Below are positions 37,901 through 52,900 of a stretch of DNA of 64,000 bases, in pieces. This DNA comes from Auanema rhodensis (Eukaryota > Animalia > Nematoda), in the NCBI GenBank assembly GCA_964057225.1, contig CAXKVF010000079.1, positions 62,001 to 126,000 of the forward strand, in the 5' to 3' direction. Each line of letters starts with the position of its first letter. Position 1 is the stretch's first letter. Under the pieces are notes generated by a model, which saw only the letters and a program-made list of their open reading frames with translations, searched no databases and was not told where the DNA came from. Position numbers and translations under genes: made by a program.

Positions 37901-40900
37901 ACTTTAATTTATGCTAATTAAATGTACACGTGATGTGCACTTGGTATGTAACTCGCTTCACGTGAAAGATAAAGAGATGCGGTTTTCAAAATTAGATTCC
38001 CCATGTCCATATTAGTCTAAAAACAAATTTTTATTGATATTGGTTCATGGTAACCATGACTTTGAAATTTACGTGAACTTTAATTTATGCTAATTAAATG
38101 TACACGTGATGTGCACTTGGTATGTAACTCGCTTCACGTGAAAGATAAAGAGATGCGGTTTTCAAAATTAGATTCCCCATGTCCATATTAGTCTAAAAAC
38201 AAATTTTTATTGATATTGGTTCATGGTAACCATGACTTTGAAATTTACGTGAACTTTAATTTATGCTAATTAAATGTACACGTGATGTGCACTTGGTATG
38301 TAACTCGCTTCACGTGAAAGATAAAGAGATGCGGTTTTCAAAATTAGAATCCCCATGTCCATATTAGTCTAAAAACAAATTTTTATTGATATTAATTCAT
38401 GATAACCATGACTTTGAAATTTACGTGAACTTTAATTTATGCTAATTAAATGTACACGTGATGTGCACTTGGTATGTAACTCGCTTCACGTGAAAGATAA
38501 AGAGATGCGGTTTTCAAAATTAGAATCCCCATGTCCATATTAGTCTAAAAACAAATTTTTATTGATATTAATTCATGATAACCATGACTTTGAAATTTAC
38601 GTGAACTTTAATTTATGCTAATTAAATGTACACGTGATGTGCACTTGGTATGTAACTCGCTTCACGTGAAAGATAAAGAGATGCGGTTTTCAAAATTAGA
38701 TTCCCCATGTCCATATTAGTCTAAAAACAAATTTTTATTGATATTGGTGCATGGTAACCATGACTTTGAAATTTACGTGAACTTTAATTAATGCTAATTA
38801 AATGTACACGTGATGTGCACTTGGTATGTAACTTGCTTCACGTGAAAGATAAAGAGATGCGGTTTTAAAAATTAGATTCCCCATGTCCATATTAGTCTAA
38901 AAACAAATTTTTATTGATATTGGTTCATGGTAACCATGACTTTGAAATTTAGGTGAACTTTAATTTATGCTAATTAAATGTACACGTGATGTGCACTTGG
39001 TATGTAACTCGCTTCACGTGAAAGATAAAGAGATGCGGTTTTCAAAATTAGATTCCCCATGTCCATATTAGTCTAAAAACAAATTTTTATTGATATTGGT
39101 GCATGGTAACCATGACTTTGAAATTTACGTGAACTTTAATTTATGCTAATTAAATGTACACGTGATGTGCACTTGGTATGTAACTCGCTTCACGTGAAAG
39201 ATAAAGAGATGCGGTTTTCAAAATTAGATTCCCCATGTTCATATTAGTCTAAAAACAAATTTTTATTGATATTGGTTCATGGTAACCATGACTTTGAAAT
39301 TTACGTGAACTTTAATTTATGCTAATTAAATGTACAGGTGATGTGCACTTGGTATGTAACTCGCTTCACGTGAAAGATAAAGAGATGCGGTTTTCAAAAT
39401 TAGATTCCCCATGTACATATTAGTCTAAAAACAAATTTTTATTGATATTGGTGCATGGTAACCATGACTTTGAAATTTACGTGAACTTTAATTTATGCTA
39501 ATTAAATGTACACGTGATGTGCACTTGGTATGTAACTCGCTTCACGTGAAAGATAAAGAGATGCGGTTTTCAAAATTAGATTCCCCATGTCCATATTAGT
39601 CTAAAAACAAATTTTTATTGATATTGGTTCATGGTAACCATGACTTTGAAATTTACGTGAACTTTAATTTATGCTAATTAAATGTACACGTGATGTGCAC
39701 TTGGTATGTAACTCGCTTCACGTGAAAGATAAAGAGATGCGGTTTTCAAAATTAGATTCCCCATGTCCATATTAGTCTAAAAACAAATTTTTATTGATAT
39801 TGGTTCATGGTAACCATGACTTTGAAATTTACGTGAACTTTAATTTATGCTAATTAAATGTACACGTGATGTGCACTTGGTATGTAACTCGCTTCACGTG
39901 AAAGATAAAGAGATGCGGTTTTCAAAATTAGATTCCCCATGTCCATATTAGTCTAAAAACAAATTTTTATTGATATTGGTTCATGGTAACCATGACTTTG
40001 AAATTTACGTGAACTTTAATTTAAGCTAATTAAATGTACACGTGATGTGCACTTGGTATGTAACTCGCTTCACGTGAAAGATAAAGAGATGCGGTTTTCA
40101 AAATTAGAATCCCCATGTCCATATTAGTCTAAAAACAAATTTTTATTGATATTAATTCATGATAACCATGACTTTGAAATTTACGTGAACTTTAATTTAT
40201 GCTAATTAAATGTACACGTGATGTGCACTTGGTATGTAACTCGCTTCACGTGAAAGATAAAGAGATGAGGTTTTCAAAATTAGATTCCCCATGTCCATAT
40301 TAGTCTAAAAACAAATTTTTATTGATATTGGTTCATGGTAACCATGACTTTGAAATTTACGTGAACTTTAATTTATGCTAATTAAATGTACACGTGATGT
40401 GCACTTGGTATGTAACTCGCTTCACGTGAAAGATAAAGAGATGCGGATTTCAAAATTAGATTCCCCATGTCCATATTAGTCTAAAAACAAATTTTTATTG
40501 ATATTGGTTCATGGTAACCATGACTTTGAAATTTACGTGAACTTTAATTTAAGCTAATTAAATGTACACGTGGTGTGCACTTGGTATGTAACTCGCTTCA
40601 CGTGAAAGATAAAGAGATGCGGTTTTCAAAATTAAATTCCCCATGTCCATATTAGTCTAAAAACAAATTTTTATTGATATTGGTGCATGGTAACCATGAC
40701 TTTGAAATTTACGTGAACTTTAATTTATGCTAATTAAATGTACACGTGATGTGCACTTGGTATGTAACTCGCTTCACGTGAAAGATAAAGAGATGCGGTT
40801 TTCAAAATTAGATTCCCCATGTCCATATTAGTCTAAAAACAAATTTTTATTGATATTGGTGCATGGTAACCATGACTTTGAAATTTACGTGAACTTTAAT

Positions 40901-43900
40901 TAATGCTAATTAAATGTACACGTGATGTGCACTTGGTATGTAACTTGCTTCACGTGAAAGATAAAGAGATGCGGTTTTAAAAATTAGATTCCCCATGTCC
41001 ATATTAGTCTAAAAACAAATTTTTATTGATATTGGTTCATGGTAACCATGACTTTGAAATTTACGTGAACTTTAATTTATGCTAATTAAATGTACACGTG
41101 ATGTGCACTTGGTATGTAACTCGCTTCACGTGAAAGATAAAGAGATGCGGTTTTCAAAATTAGATTCCCCATGTCCATATTAGTCTAAAAACAAATTTTT
41201 ATTGATATTGGTGCATGGTAACCATGACTTTGAAATTTACGTGAACTTCAATTTATGCTAATTAAATGTACACGTGATGTGCACTTGGTATGTAACTCGC
41301 TTCACGTGAAAGATAAAGAGATGCGGTTTTCAAAATTAGATTCCCCATGTTCATATTAGTCTAAAAACAAATTTTTATTGATATTGGTTCATGGTAACCA
41401 TGACTTTGAAATTTACGTGAACTTTAATTTATGCTAATTAAATGTACAGGTGATGTGCACTTGGTATGTAACTCGCTTCACGTGAAAGATAAAGAGATGC
41501 GGTTTTCAAAATTAGATTTCCCATGTCCATATTAGTCTAAAAACAAATTTTTATTGATATTGGTGCATGGTAACCATGACTTTGAAATTTACGTGAACTT
41601 TAATTTATGCTAATTAAATGTACACGTGATGTGCACTTGGTATGTAACTCGCTTCACGTGAAAGATAAAGAGATGCGGTTTTCAATATTAGATTCCTCAT
41701 GTTCATATTAGTCTAAAAACAAATTTTTAGTGATATTGGTTCATGGTAACCATGACTTTGAAATTTACGTGAACTTTAATTTATGCTAATTAAATGTACA
41801 GGTGATGTGCACTTGGTATGTAACTCGCTTCACGTGAAAGATAAAGAGATGCGGTTTTCAAAATTAGATTCCCCATGTCCATATTAGTCTAAAAACAAAT
41901 TTTTATTGATATTGGTGCATGGTAACCATGACTTTGAAATTTACGTGAACTTTAATTTATGCTAATTAAATGTACACGTGATGTGCACTTGGTATGTAAC
42001 TCGCTTCACGTGAAAGATAAAGAGATGCGGTTTTCAAAATTAGATTCCTCATGTCCATATTAGTCTAAAAACAAATTTTTATTGATATTGGTTCATGGTA
42101 ACCATGACTTTGAAATTTACGTGAACTTTAATTTATGCTAATTAAATGTACACGTGATGAACACTTGGTATGTAACTCGCTTCACGTGAAAGATAAAGAG
42201 ATGCGGTTTTCAAAATTAGATTCCCCATGTCCATATTAGTTTAAAAACAAATTTTTATTGATATTGGTGCATGGTAACCATGACTTTGAAATTTACGTGA
42301 ACTTTAATTTATGCTAATTAAATGTACACGTGATGTGCACTTGGTATGTAACTCGCTTCACGTGAAAGATAAAGAGATGCGGTTTTCAAAATTAGATTCC
42401 CCATGCCCATATTAGTCTAAAAACAAATTTTTAATGATATTGGTTCATGGTAACCATGACTTTGAAATTTACGTGAACTTTAATTTATGCTAATTAAATG
42501 TACACGTGGTGTGCACTTGGTATGTAACTCGCTTCACGTGAAAGATAAAGAGATGCGGTTTTCAAAATTAGATTCCCCATGTCCATATTAGTCTAAAAAC
42601 AAATTTTTATTGATATTGGTGCATGGTAACCATGACTTTGAAATTTACGTGAACTTTAATTTATGCTAATTAAATGTACACGTGATGTGCACTTGGTATG
42701 TAACTCGCTTCACGTAAAAGATAAAGAGATGCGGTTTTCAAAATTATATTCCCCATGTCCATATTAGTTTAAAAACAAATTTTTATTGATATTGGTGCAT
42801 GGTAACCATGACTTTGAAATTTACGTGAACTTTAATTTATGCTAATTAAATGTACACGTGATGTGCACTTGGTATGTAACTCGCTTCACGTGAAAGATAA
42901 AGAGATGCGGTTTTCAAAATTAGATTCCCCATGTCCATATTAGTCTAAAAACAAATTTTTATTGATATTGGTTCATGGTAACCATGACTTTGAAATTTAC
43001 GTGAACTTCAATTTATGCTAATTAAATGTACACGTGATGTGCACTTGGTATGTAACTCGCTTCACGTGAAAGATAAAGAGATGCGGTTTTCAAAATTAGG
43101 TTCCCCATGTCCATATTAGTCTAAAAACAAATTTTTATTGATATTGGTTCATGGTAACCATGTCTTTGAAATTTACGTGAACTTTAATTTATGCTAATTA
43201 AATGTACACGTGATGTGCACTTGGTATGTAACTCGCTTCACGTGAAAGATAAAGAGATGCGGTTTTCAAAATTAGATTCCCCATGTCCATATTAGTTTAA
43301 AAACAAATTTTTATTGATATTGGTGCATGGTAACCATGACTTTGAAATTTACGTGAACTTTAATTCATGCTAATTAAATGTACACGTGATGTGCACTTGG
43401 TATGTAACTCGCTTCACGTAAAAGATAAAGAGATGCAGTTTTCAAAATTAGATTCCCCATGTCCATATTAGTCTAAAAACAAATTTTTATTGATATTGGT
43501 TCATGGTAACCATGTCTTTGAAATTTACGTGAACTTTAATTTATGCTAATTAAATGTACACGTGATGTGCACTTGGTATGTAACTCGCTTCACGTGAAAG
43601 ATAAAGAGATGCGGTTTTCAAAATTAGATTCCCCATGTCCATATTAGTCTAAAAACAAATTTTTATTGATATTGGTTCATGGTAACCATGACATTGAAAT
43701 TTACGTGAACTTTAATTCATGCTAATTAAATGTACACGTGATGTGCACTTGTTATGTAACTCGCTTCACGTGAAAGATGAAGAGATGCGGTTTTCAAAAT
43801 TAGATTCCCCATGTCCATATTAGTCTAAAAACAAATTTTTATTGATATTGGTGCATGGTAACCATGACTTTGAAATTTACGTGAACTTTAATTTATGCTA

Positions 43901-46900
43901 ATTAAATGTACACGTGATGTGCACTTGGTATGTAACTCGCTTCACGTGAAAGATAAAGAGATGCGGTTTTCAAAATTAGATTCCCCATGTCCATATTAGT
44001 CTAAAAACAACTTTTCATTGATATTGGTTCATGGTAACCATGACATTGAAATTTACGTGAACTTTAATTTATGCTTATTAAATGTACACGTGATGTGCCC
44101 TTGGTATGTAACTCGCTTCACGTGAAAGATAAAGAGATGCGGTTTTCAAAATTAGATTCCCCATGTCCATATTAGTCTAAAAACAAATTTTTATTGATAT
44201 TGGTTCATGGTAACCATGACTTTGAAATTTACGTGAACTTTAATTTATGCTAATTAAATGTACACGTGATGTGCACTTGGTATGTAACTCGCTTCACGTG
44301 AAAGATAAAGAGATGCGGTTTTCAAAATTAGATTCCCCATGTCCATATTAGTCTAAAAACAAATTTTTATTGATATTGGTTCATGGTAACCATGACTTTG
44401 AAATTTACGTGAACTTTAATTTATGCTAATTAAATGTACACGTGATGAACACTTGGTATGTAACTCGCTTCACGTGAAAGATAAAGAGATGCGGTTTTCA
44501 AAATTAGATTCCCCATGTCCATATTAGTTTAAAAACAAATTTTTATTGATATTGGTGCATGGTAACCATGACTTTGAAATTTACGTGAACTTTAATTTAT
44601 GCTAATTAAATGTACACGTGATGTGCACTTGGTATGTAACTCGCTTCACGTGAAAGATAAAGAGATGCGGTTTTCAAAATTAGAATCCCCATGCCCATAT
44701 TAGTCTAAAAACAAATTTTTATTGATATTGGTTCATGGTAACCATGACTTTGAAATTTACGTGAACTTTAATTTATGCTAATTAAATGTACACGTGGTGT
44801 GCACTTGGTATGTAACTCGCTTCACGTGAAAGATAAAGAGATGCGGTTTTCAAAATTAGATTCCCCATGTCCATATTAGTCTAAAAACAAATTTTTATTG
44901 ATATTGGTTCATGGTAACCATGACTTTGAAATTTACGTGAACTTTAATTTATGCTAATTAAATGTACACGTGATGTGCACTTGGTATGTAACTCGCTTCA
45001 CGTGAAAGATAAAGAGATGCGGTTTTCAAAATTAGATTCCCCATGTCCATATTAGTCTAAAAACAAATTTTTATTGATATTGGTTCATGGTAACCATGAC
45101 TTTGAAATTTACGTGAACTTTAATTTATGCTAATTAAATGTACACGTGGTGTGCACTTGGTATGTAACTCGCTTCACGTGAAAGATAAAGAGATGCGGTT
45201 TTCAAAATTAGATTCCCCATGTCCATATTAGTCTAAAAACAAATTTTTATTGATATTGGTGCATGGTAACCATGACTTTGAAATTTACGTGAACTTTAAT
45301 TCATGCTAATTAAATGTACACGTGATGTGCACTTGGTATGTAACTCGCTTCACGTGAAAGATAAAGAGATGCGGTTTTCAAAATTAGATTCCCCATGTCC
45401 ATATTAGTCTAAAAACAAATTTTTATTGATATTGGTTCATGGTAACCATGACTTTGAAATTTACGTGAACTTTAATTTATGCTAATTAAATGTACACGTG
45501 ATGTGCACTTGGTATGTAACTCGCTTCACGTGAAAGATAAAGAGATGCGGTTTTCAAAATTAGATTCCCCATGTCCATATTAGTCTAAAAACGAATTTTT
45601 ATTGATATTGGTGCATGGTAACCATGACTTTGAAATTTACGTGAACTTTAGTTTATGCTAATTAAATGTACACGTGGTGTGCACTTGGTATGTAACTCGC
45701 TTCACGTGAAAGATAAAGAGATGCGGTTTTCAAAATTAAATTCCCCATGTCCATATTAGTCTAAAAACAAATTTTTATTGATATTGGTTCATGGTAACCA
45801 TGACTTTGAGATTTACGTGAACTTCAATTTATGCTAAATAAATGTACACGTGATGTGCCCTTGGTATGTAACTCGCTTCTCGTGAAAGATAAAGAGATGC
45901 GGTTTTCAAAATTAGATTCCCCTTGTCCATATTAGTTTGAAAACAAATTTTTATTGATATTGGTGCATGGTAACCATGACTTTGAAATTTACGTGAACTT
46001 TAATTTATGCTAATTAAATGTACACGTGATGTGCACTTGGTATGTAACTCGCTTCACGTGAGAGATAAAGAGATGCGGTTTTCAAAATTTGATTCCCCAT
46101 GTCCATATTAGTCTAAAAACAAATTTTTATTGATATTGGTTCATGGTAACCATGACTTTGAAATTTACGTGAACTTTAATTTATGCTAATTAAATGTACA
46201 CGTGATGTGCACTTGGTATGTAACTCGCTTCACGTGAAAGATAAAGAGATGCGGTTTTCAAAATTAGATTCCCCATGTCCATATTAGTTTAAAAACAAAT
46301 TTATATTGATATTGGTGCATGGTAACCATGACTTTGAAATTTACGTGAACTTTAATTTATGCTAATTAAATGTACACGTGGTGTGCACTTGGTATGTAAC
46401 TCGCTTCACGTGAAAGATAAAGAGATGCGGTTTTCAAAATTAGATTCCCCATGTCCATATTAGTCTAAAAACAAATTTTTATTGATATTGGTGCATGGTA
46501 ACCATGACTTTGAAATTTACGTGAACTTTAATTTATGCTAATTAAATGTACACGTGATGTGCACTTGGTATGTAACTCGCTTCACGTGAAAGATAAAGAG
46601 ATGCGGTTTTCAAAATTAGATTCCCCATGTCCATATTAGTTTAAAAACAAATTTATATTGATATTGGTGCATGGTAACCATGACTTTGAAATTTACGTGA
46701 ACTTTAATTTATGCTAATTAAATGTACACGTGGTGTGCACTTGGTATGTAACTCGCTTCACGTGAGAGATAAAGAGATGCGGTTTTCAAAATTTGATTCC
46801 CCATGTCCATATTAGTCTAAAAACAAATTTTTATTGATATTGGTGCATGGTAACCATGACTTTGAAATTTACGTGAACTTTAATTTATGCTAATTAAATG

Positions 46901-49900
46901 TACACTTGATGTGCACTTGGTATGTAACTCGCTTCACGTGAAAGATAAAGAGATGCGGTTTTCAAAATTAGATTCCCCATGTCCATATTAGTCTAAAAAC
47001 AAATTTTTATTGATATTGGTTCATGGTAACCATGTCTTTGAAATTTACGTGAACTTTAATTTATGCTAATTAAATGTACACGTGATGTGCACTTGGTATG
47101 TAACTCGCTTCACGTGAAAGATAAAGAGATGCGGTTTTCAAAATTAGATTCCCCATGTCCATATTAGTCTAAAAACAAATTTTTATTGATATTGGTTCAT
47201 GGTAACCATGTCTTTGAAATTTACGTGAACTTTAATTTATGCTAATTAAATGTACACGTGATGTGCACTTGGTATGTAACTCGCTTCACGTGAAAGATAA
47301 AGAGATGCGGTTTTCAAAATTAGATTCCCCATGTCCATATTAGTCTAAAAACAAATTTTTATTGATATTGGTGCATGATAACCATGACTTTGAAATTTAC
47401 GTGAACTTTAATTTATGCTAATTAAATGTACACGTGATGTGCACTTGGTATGTAACTCGCTTCACGTGAAAGATAAAGAGATGCGGTTTTCAAAATTAGG
47501 TTCCCCATGTCCATATTAGTCTAAAAACAAATTTTTATTGATATTGGTTCATGGTAACCATGACTTTGAAATTTACGTGAACTTTAATTTATGCTAATTA
47601 AATGTACACGTGATGTGCACTTGGTATGTAACTCGCTTCACGTGAAAGATAAAGAGATGCGGTTTTCAAAATTAGATTCCCCATGTCCATATTAGTCTAA
47701 AAACGAATTTTTATTGATATTGGTGCATGGTAACCATGACTTTGAAATTTACGTGAACTTTAGTTTATGCTAATTAAATGTACACGTGGTGTGCACTTGG
47801 TATGTAACTCGCTTCACGTGAAAGATAAAGAGATGCGGTTTTCAAAATTAGATTCCCCATGTCCATATTAGTCTAAAAACAAATTTTTATTGATATTGGT
47901 TCATGGTAACCATGACTTTGAAATTTACGTGAACTTTAATTTATGCTAATTAAATGTACACGTGATGTGCACTTGGTATGTAACTCGCTTCACGTGAAAG
48001 ATAAAGAGATGCGGTTTTCAAAATTAGATTCCCCATGTCCATATTAGTCTAAAAACAAATTTTTATTGATATTGGTTCATGGTAACCATGACTTTGAAAT
48101 TTACGTGAACTTTAATTTATGCTAATTAAATGTACACGTGATGTGCACTTGGTATGTAACTCGCTTCACGTGAAAGATAAAGAGATGCGGTTTTCAAAAT
48201 TAGATTCCCCATGTCCATATTAGTCTAAAAACAAATTTTTATTGATATTGGTGCATGGTAACCATGACTTTGAAATTTACGTGAACTTTAATTTATGCTA
48301 ATTAAATGTACACGTGATGTGCACTTGGTATGTAACTCGCTTCACGTGAAAGATAAAGAGATGCGGTTTTCAAAATTAGATTCCTTATGTCCATATTAGT
48401 CCAAAAACAAATTTTTATTGATATTGGTTCATGGTAACCATGACTTTGAAATTTACGTGAACTTTAATTTATGCTAATTAAATGTACACGTGATGTGCAC
48501 TTGGTATGTAACTCGCTTCACGTGAAAGATAAAGAGATGCGGTTCTCAAAATTAGATTCCCCATGTCCATATTAGTCCAAAAACAAATTTTTATTGATAT
48601 TGGTTCATGGTAACCATGTCTTTGAAATTTACGTGAACTTTAATTTATGCTAATTAAATGTACACGTGATGTGCACTTGGTATGTAACTCGCTTCACGTG
48701 AAAGATAAAGAGATGAGGTTTTCAAAATTAGATTCCCCATGTCCATATTAGTCTAAAAACAAATTTTTATTGATATTGGTGCATGGTAACCATGACTTTG
48801 AAATTTACGTGAACTTTAATTTATGCTAATTAAATGTACACGTGATGTGCACTTGGTATGTAACTCGCTTCACGTGAAAGATAAAGAGATGCGGTTTACA
48901 AAATTAGATTCCCCATGTCCATATTAGTCTAAAAACAAATTTTTATTGATATTGGTTCATGGTAACCATGACTTTGAAATTTACGTGAACTTTAATTTAT
49001 GCTGATTAAATGTACACGTGATGTGCACTTGGTATGTAACTCGCTTCACGTGAAAGATAAAGAGATGCGGTTTTCAAAATTAGATTCCCCATGTCCATAT
49101 TAGGCTAAAAACAAACTTTTATTGATATTGGTTCATGGTAACCATGACTTTGAAATTTACGTGAACTTTAATTTATGCTGATTAAATGTACACGTGATGT
49201 GCACTTGGTATGTAACTCGCTTCACGTGAAAGATAAAGAGATGCGGTTTTCAAAATTAGATTCCCCATGTCCATATTAGTCTAAAAACAACTTTTTATTG
49301 ATATTGGTGCATGGTAACCTTGACTTTGAAATTTACGTGAACTTTAATTCATGCTAATTAAATGTACACGTGATGTGCACTTGGTATGTAACTCGCTTCA
49401 CGTGAAAGATAAAGAGATGCGGTTTTCAAAATTAGATTCCCCATGTCTATATTAGTCTAAACACAAATTTTTATTGATATTGGTTCATGGTAACCATGAC
49501 TTTGAAATTTACGTGAACTTTAATTTATGCTAATTAAATGTACACGTGATGTGCACTTGGTATGTAACTCGCTTCACGTGAAAGATAAAGAGATGAGGTT
49601 TTCAAAATTAGATTCCCCATGTCCATATTAGTCTAAAAACAAATTTTTATTGATATTGGTTCATGGTAACCATGACTTTGAAATTTACGTGAACTTTAAT
49701 TTATGCTGATTAAATGTACACGTGATGTGCACTTGGTATGTAACTCGCTTCACGTGAAAGATAAAGAGATGCGGTTTTCAAAATTAGATTCCCCATGTCC
49801 ATATTAGTCTAAAAACAACTTTTTATTGATATTGGTGCATGGTAACCTTGACTTTGAAATTTACGTGAACTTTAATTCATGCTAATTAAATGTACACGTG

Positions 49901-52900
49901 ATGTGCACTTGGTATGTAACTCGCTTCACGTGAAAGATAAAGAGATGCGGTTTTCAAAATTAGATTCCCCATGTCCATATTAGTCTAAACACAAATTTTT
50001 ATTGATATTGGTTCATGGTAACCATGACTTTGAAATTTACGTGAACTTTAATTTATGCTAATTAAATGTACACGTGATGTGCACTTGGTATGTAACTCGC
50101 TTCACGTGAAAGATAAAGAGATGCGGTTTTCAAAATTAGATTCCCCATGTCCATATTAGTCTAAAAACAAATTTTTATTGATATTGGTGCATGGTAACCA
50201 TGACTTTGAAATTTACGTGAACTTTAATTCATGCTAATTAAATGTACACGTGATGTGCACTTGGTATGTAACTCGCTTCACGTAAAAGATAAAGAGATGC
50301 GGTTTTCAAAATTAGATTCCCCATGTCCATATTAGTCTAAAAACAAATTTTTATTGATATTGGTTCGTGGTAACCATGTCTTTGAAATTTACGTGAACTT
50401 TAATTTATGCTAATTAAATGTACACGTGATGTGCACTTGGTATGTAACTCGCTTCACGTGAAAGATAAAGAGATGCGGTTTTCAAAATTAGATTCCCCAT
50501 GTCCATATTAGTCTAAAAACAAATTTTTATTGATATTGGTGCATGGTAACCATGACTTTGAAATTTACGTGAACTTTAATTTATGCTAATTAAATGTACA
50601 CGTGATGTGCACTTGGTATGTAACTCGCTTCACGTGAAAGATAAAGAGATGCGGTTTACAAAATTAGATTCCCCATGTCCATATTAGTCTAAAAACAAAT
50701 TTTTATTGATATTGGTTCATGGTAACCATGACTTTGAAATTTACGTGAACTTTAATTTATGCTGATTAAATGTACACGTGATGTGCACTTGGTATGTAAC
50801 TCGCTTCACGTGAAAGATAAAGAGATGCGGTTTTCAAAATTAGATTCCCCATGTCCATATTAGTCTAAAAACAAATTTTTATTGATATTGGTGCATGGTA
50901 ACCTTGACTTTGAAATTTACGTGAACTTTAATTCATGCTAATTAAATGTACACGTGATGTGCACTTGGTATGTAACTCGCTTCACGTGAAAGATAAAGAG
51001 ATGCGGTTTTCAAAATTAGATTCCCCATGTCCATATTAGTCTAAAAACAAATTTTTATTGATATTGGTTCATGGTAACCATGACTTTGAAATTTACGTGA
51101 ACTTTAATTTATGCTAATTAAATGTACACGTGATGTGCACTTGGTATGTAACTCGCTTCACGTGAAAGATAAAGAGATGCGGTTTTCAAAATTAGTTTCC
51201 CCATGTCCATATTAGTCTAAAAACAAATTTTTATTGATATTGGTGCATGGTAACCATGACTTTGAAATTTACGTGAACTTTAATTCATGCTAATTAAATG
51301 TACACGTGATGTGCACTTGGTATGTAACTCGTTTCACGTAAAAGATAAAGAGATGCGGTTTTCAAAATTAGATTCCCCATGTCCATATTAGTCTAAAAAC
51401 AAATTTTTATTGATATTGGTGCATGGTAACCATGACTTTGAAATTTACGTGAACTTTAGTTTATGCTAATTAAATGTAAACGTGGTGTGCACTTGGTATG
51501 TAACTCGCTTCACGTGAAAGATAAAGAGATGCGGTTTTCAAAATTAGATTCCCCATGTCCATATTAGTCTAAACACAAATTTTTATTGATATTGGTTCAT
51601 GGTAACCATGACTTTGAAATTTACGTGAACTTTAATTTATGCTAATTAAATGTACACGTGATGTGCACTTGGTATGTAACTCGCTTCACGTGAAAGATAA
51701 AGAGATGCGGTTTTCAAAATTAGATTCCCCATGTCCATATTAGTCTAAAAACAAATTTTTATTGATATTGGTGCATGGTAACCATGACTTTGAAATTTAC
51801 GTGAACTTTAATTCATGCTAATTAAATGTACACGTGATGTGCACTTGGTATGTAACTCGCTTCACGTAAAAGATAAAGAGATGCGGTTTTCAAAATTAGA
51901 TTCCCCATGTCCATATTAGTCTAAAAACAAATTTTTATTGATATTGGTTCGTGGTAACCATGTCTTTGAAATTTACGTGAACTTTAATTTATGCTAATTA
52001 AATGTACACGTGATGTGCACTTGGTATGTAACTCGCTTCACGTGAAAGATAAAGAGATGCGGTTTTCAAAATTAGATTCCCCATGTCCATATTAGTCTAA
52101 AAACAAATTTTTATTGATATTGGTGCATGATAACCATGACTTTGAAATTTACGTGAACTTTAATTTATGCTAATTAAATGTACACGTGATGTGCACTTGG
52201 TATGTAACTCGCTTCACGTGAAAGATAAAGAGATGCGGTTTTCAAAATTAGGTTCCCCATGTCCATATTAGTCTAAAAACAAATTTTTATTGATATTGGT
52301 TCATGGTAACCATGACTTTGAAATTTACGTGAACTTTAATTTATGCTAATTAAATGTACACGTGATGTGCACTTGGTATGTAACTCGCTTCACGTGAAAG
52401 ATAAAGAGATGCGGTTTTCAAAATTAGATTCCCCATGTCCATATTAGTCTAAAAACGAATTTTTATTGATATTGGTGCATGGTAACCATGACTTTGAAAT
52501 TTACGTGAACTTTAGTTTATGCTAATTAAATGTACACGTGGTGTGCACTTGGTATGTAACTCGCTTCACGTGAAAGATAAAGAGATGCGGTTTTCAAAAT
52601 TAGATTCCCCATGTCCATATTAGTCTAAAAACAAATTTTTATTGATATTGGTTCATGGTAACCATGACTTTGAAATTTACGTGAACTTTAATTTATGCTA
52701 ATTAAATGTACACGTGATGTGCACTTGGTATGTAACTCGCTTCACGTGAAAGATAAAGAGATGCGGTTTTCAAAATTAGATTCCCCATGTCCATATTAGT
52801 CTAAAAACAAATTTTTATTGATATTGGTTCATGGTAACCATGACTTTGAAATTTACGTGAACTTTAATTTATGCTAATTAAATGTACACGTGATGTGCAC

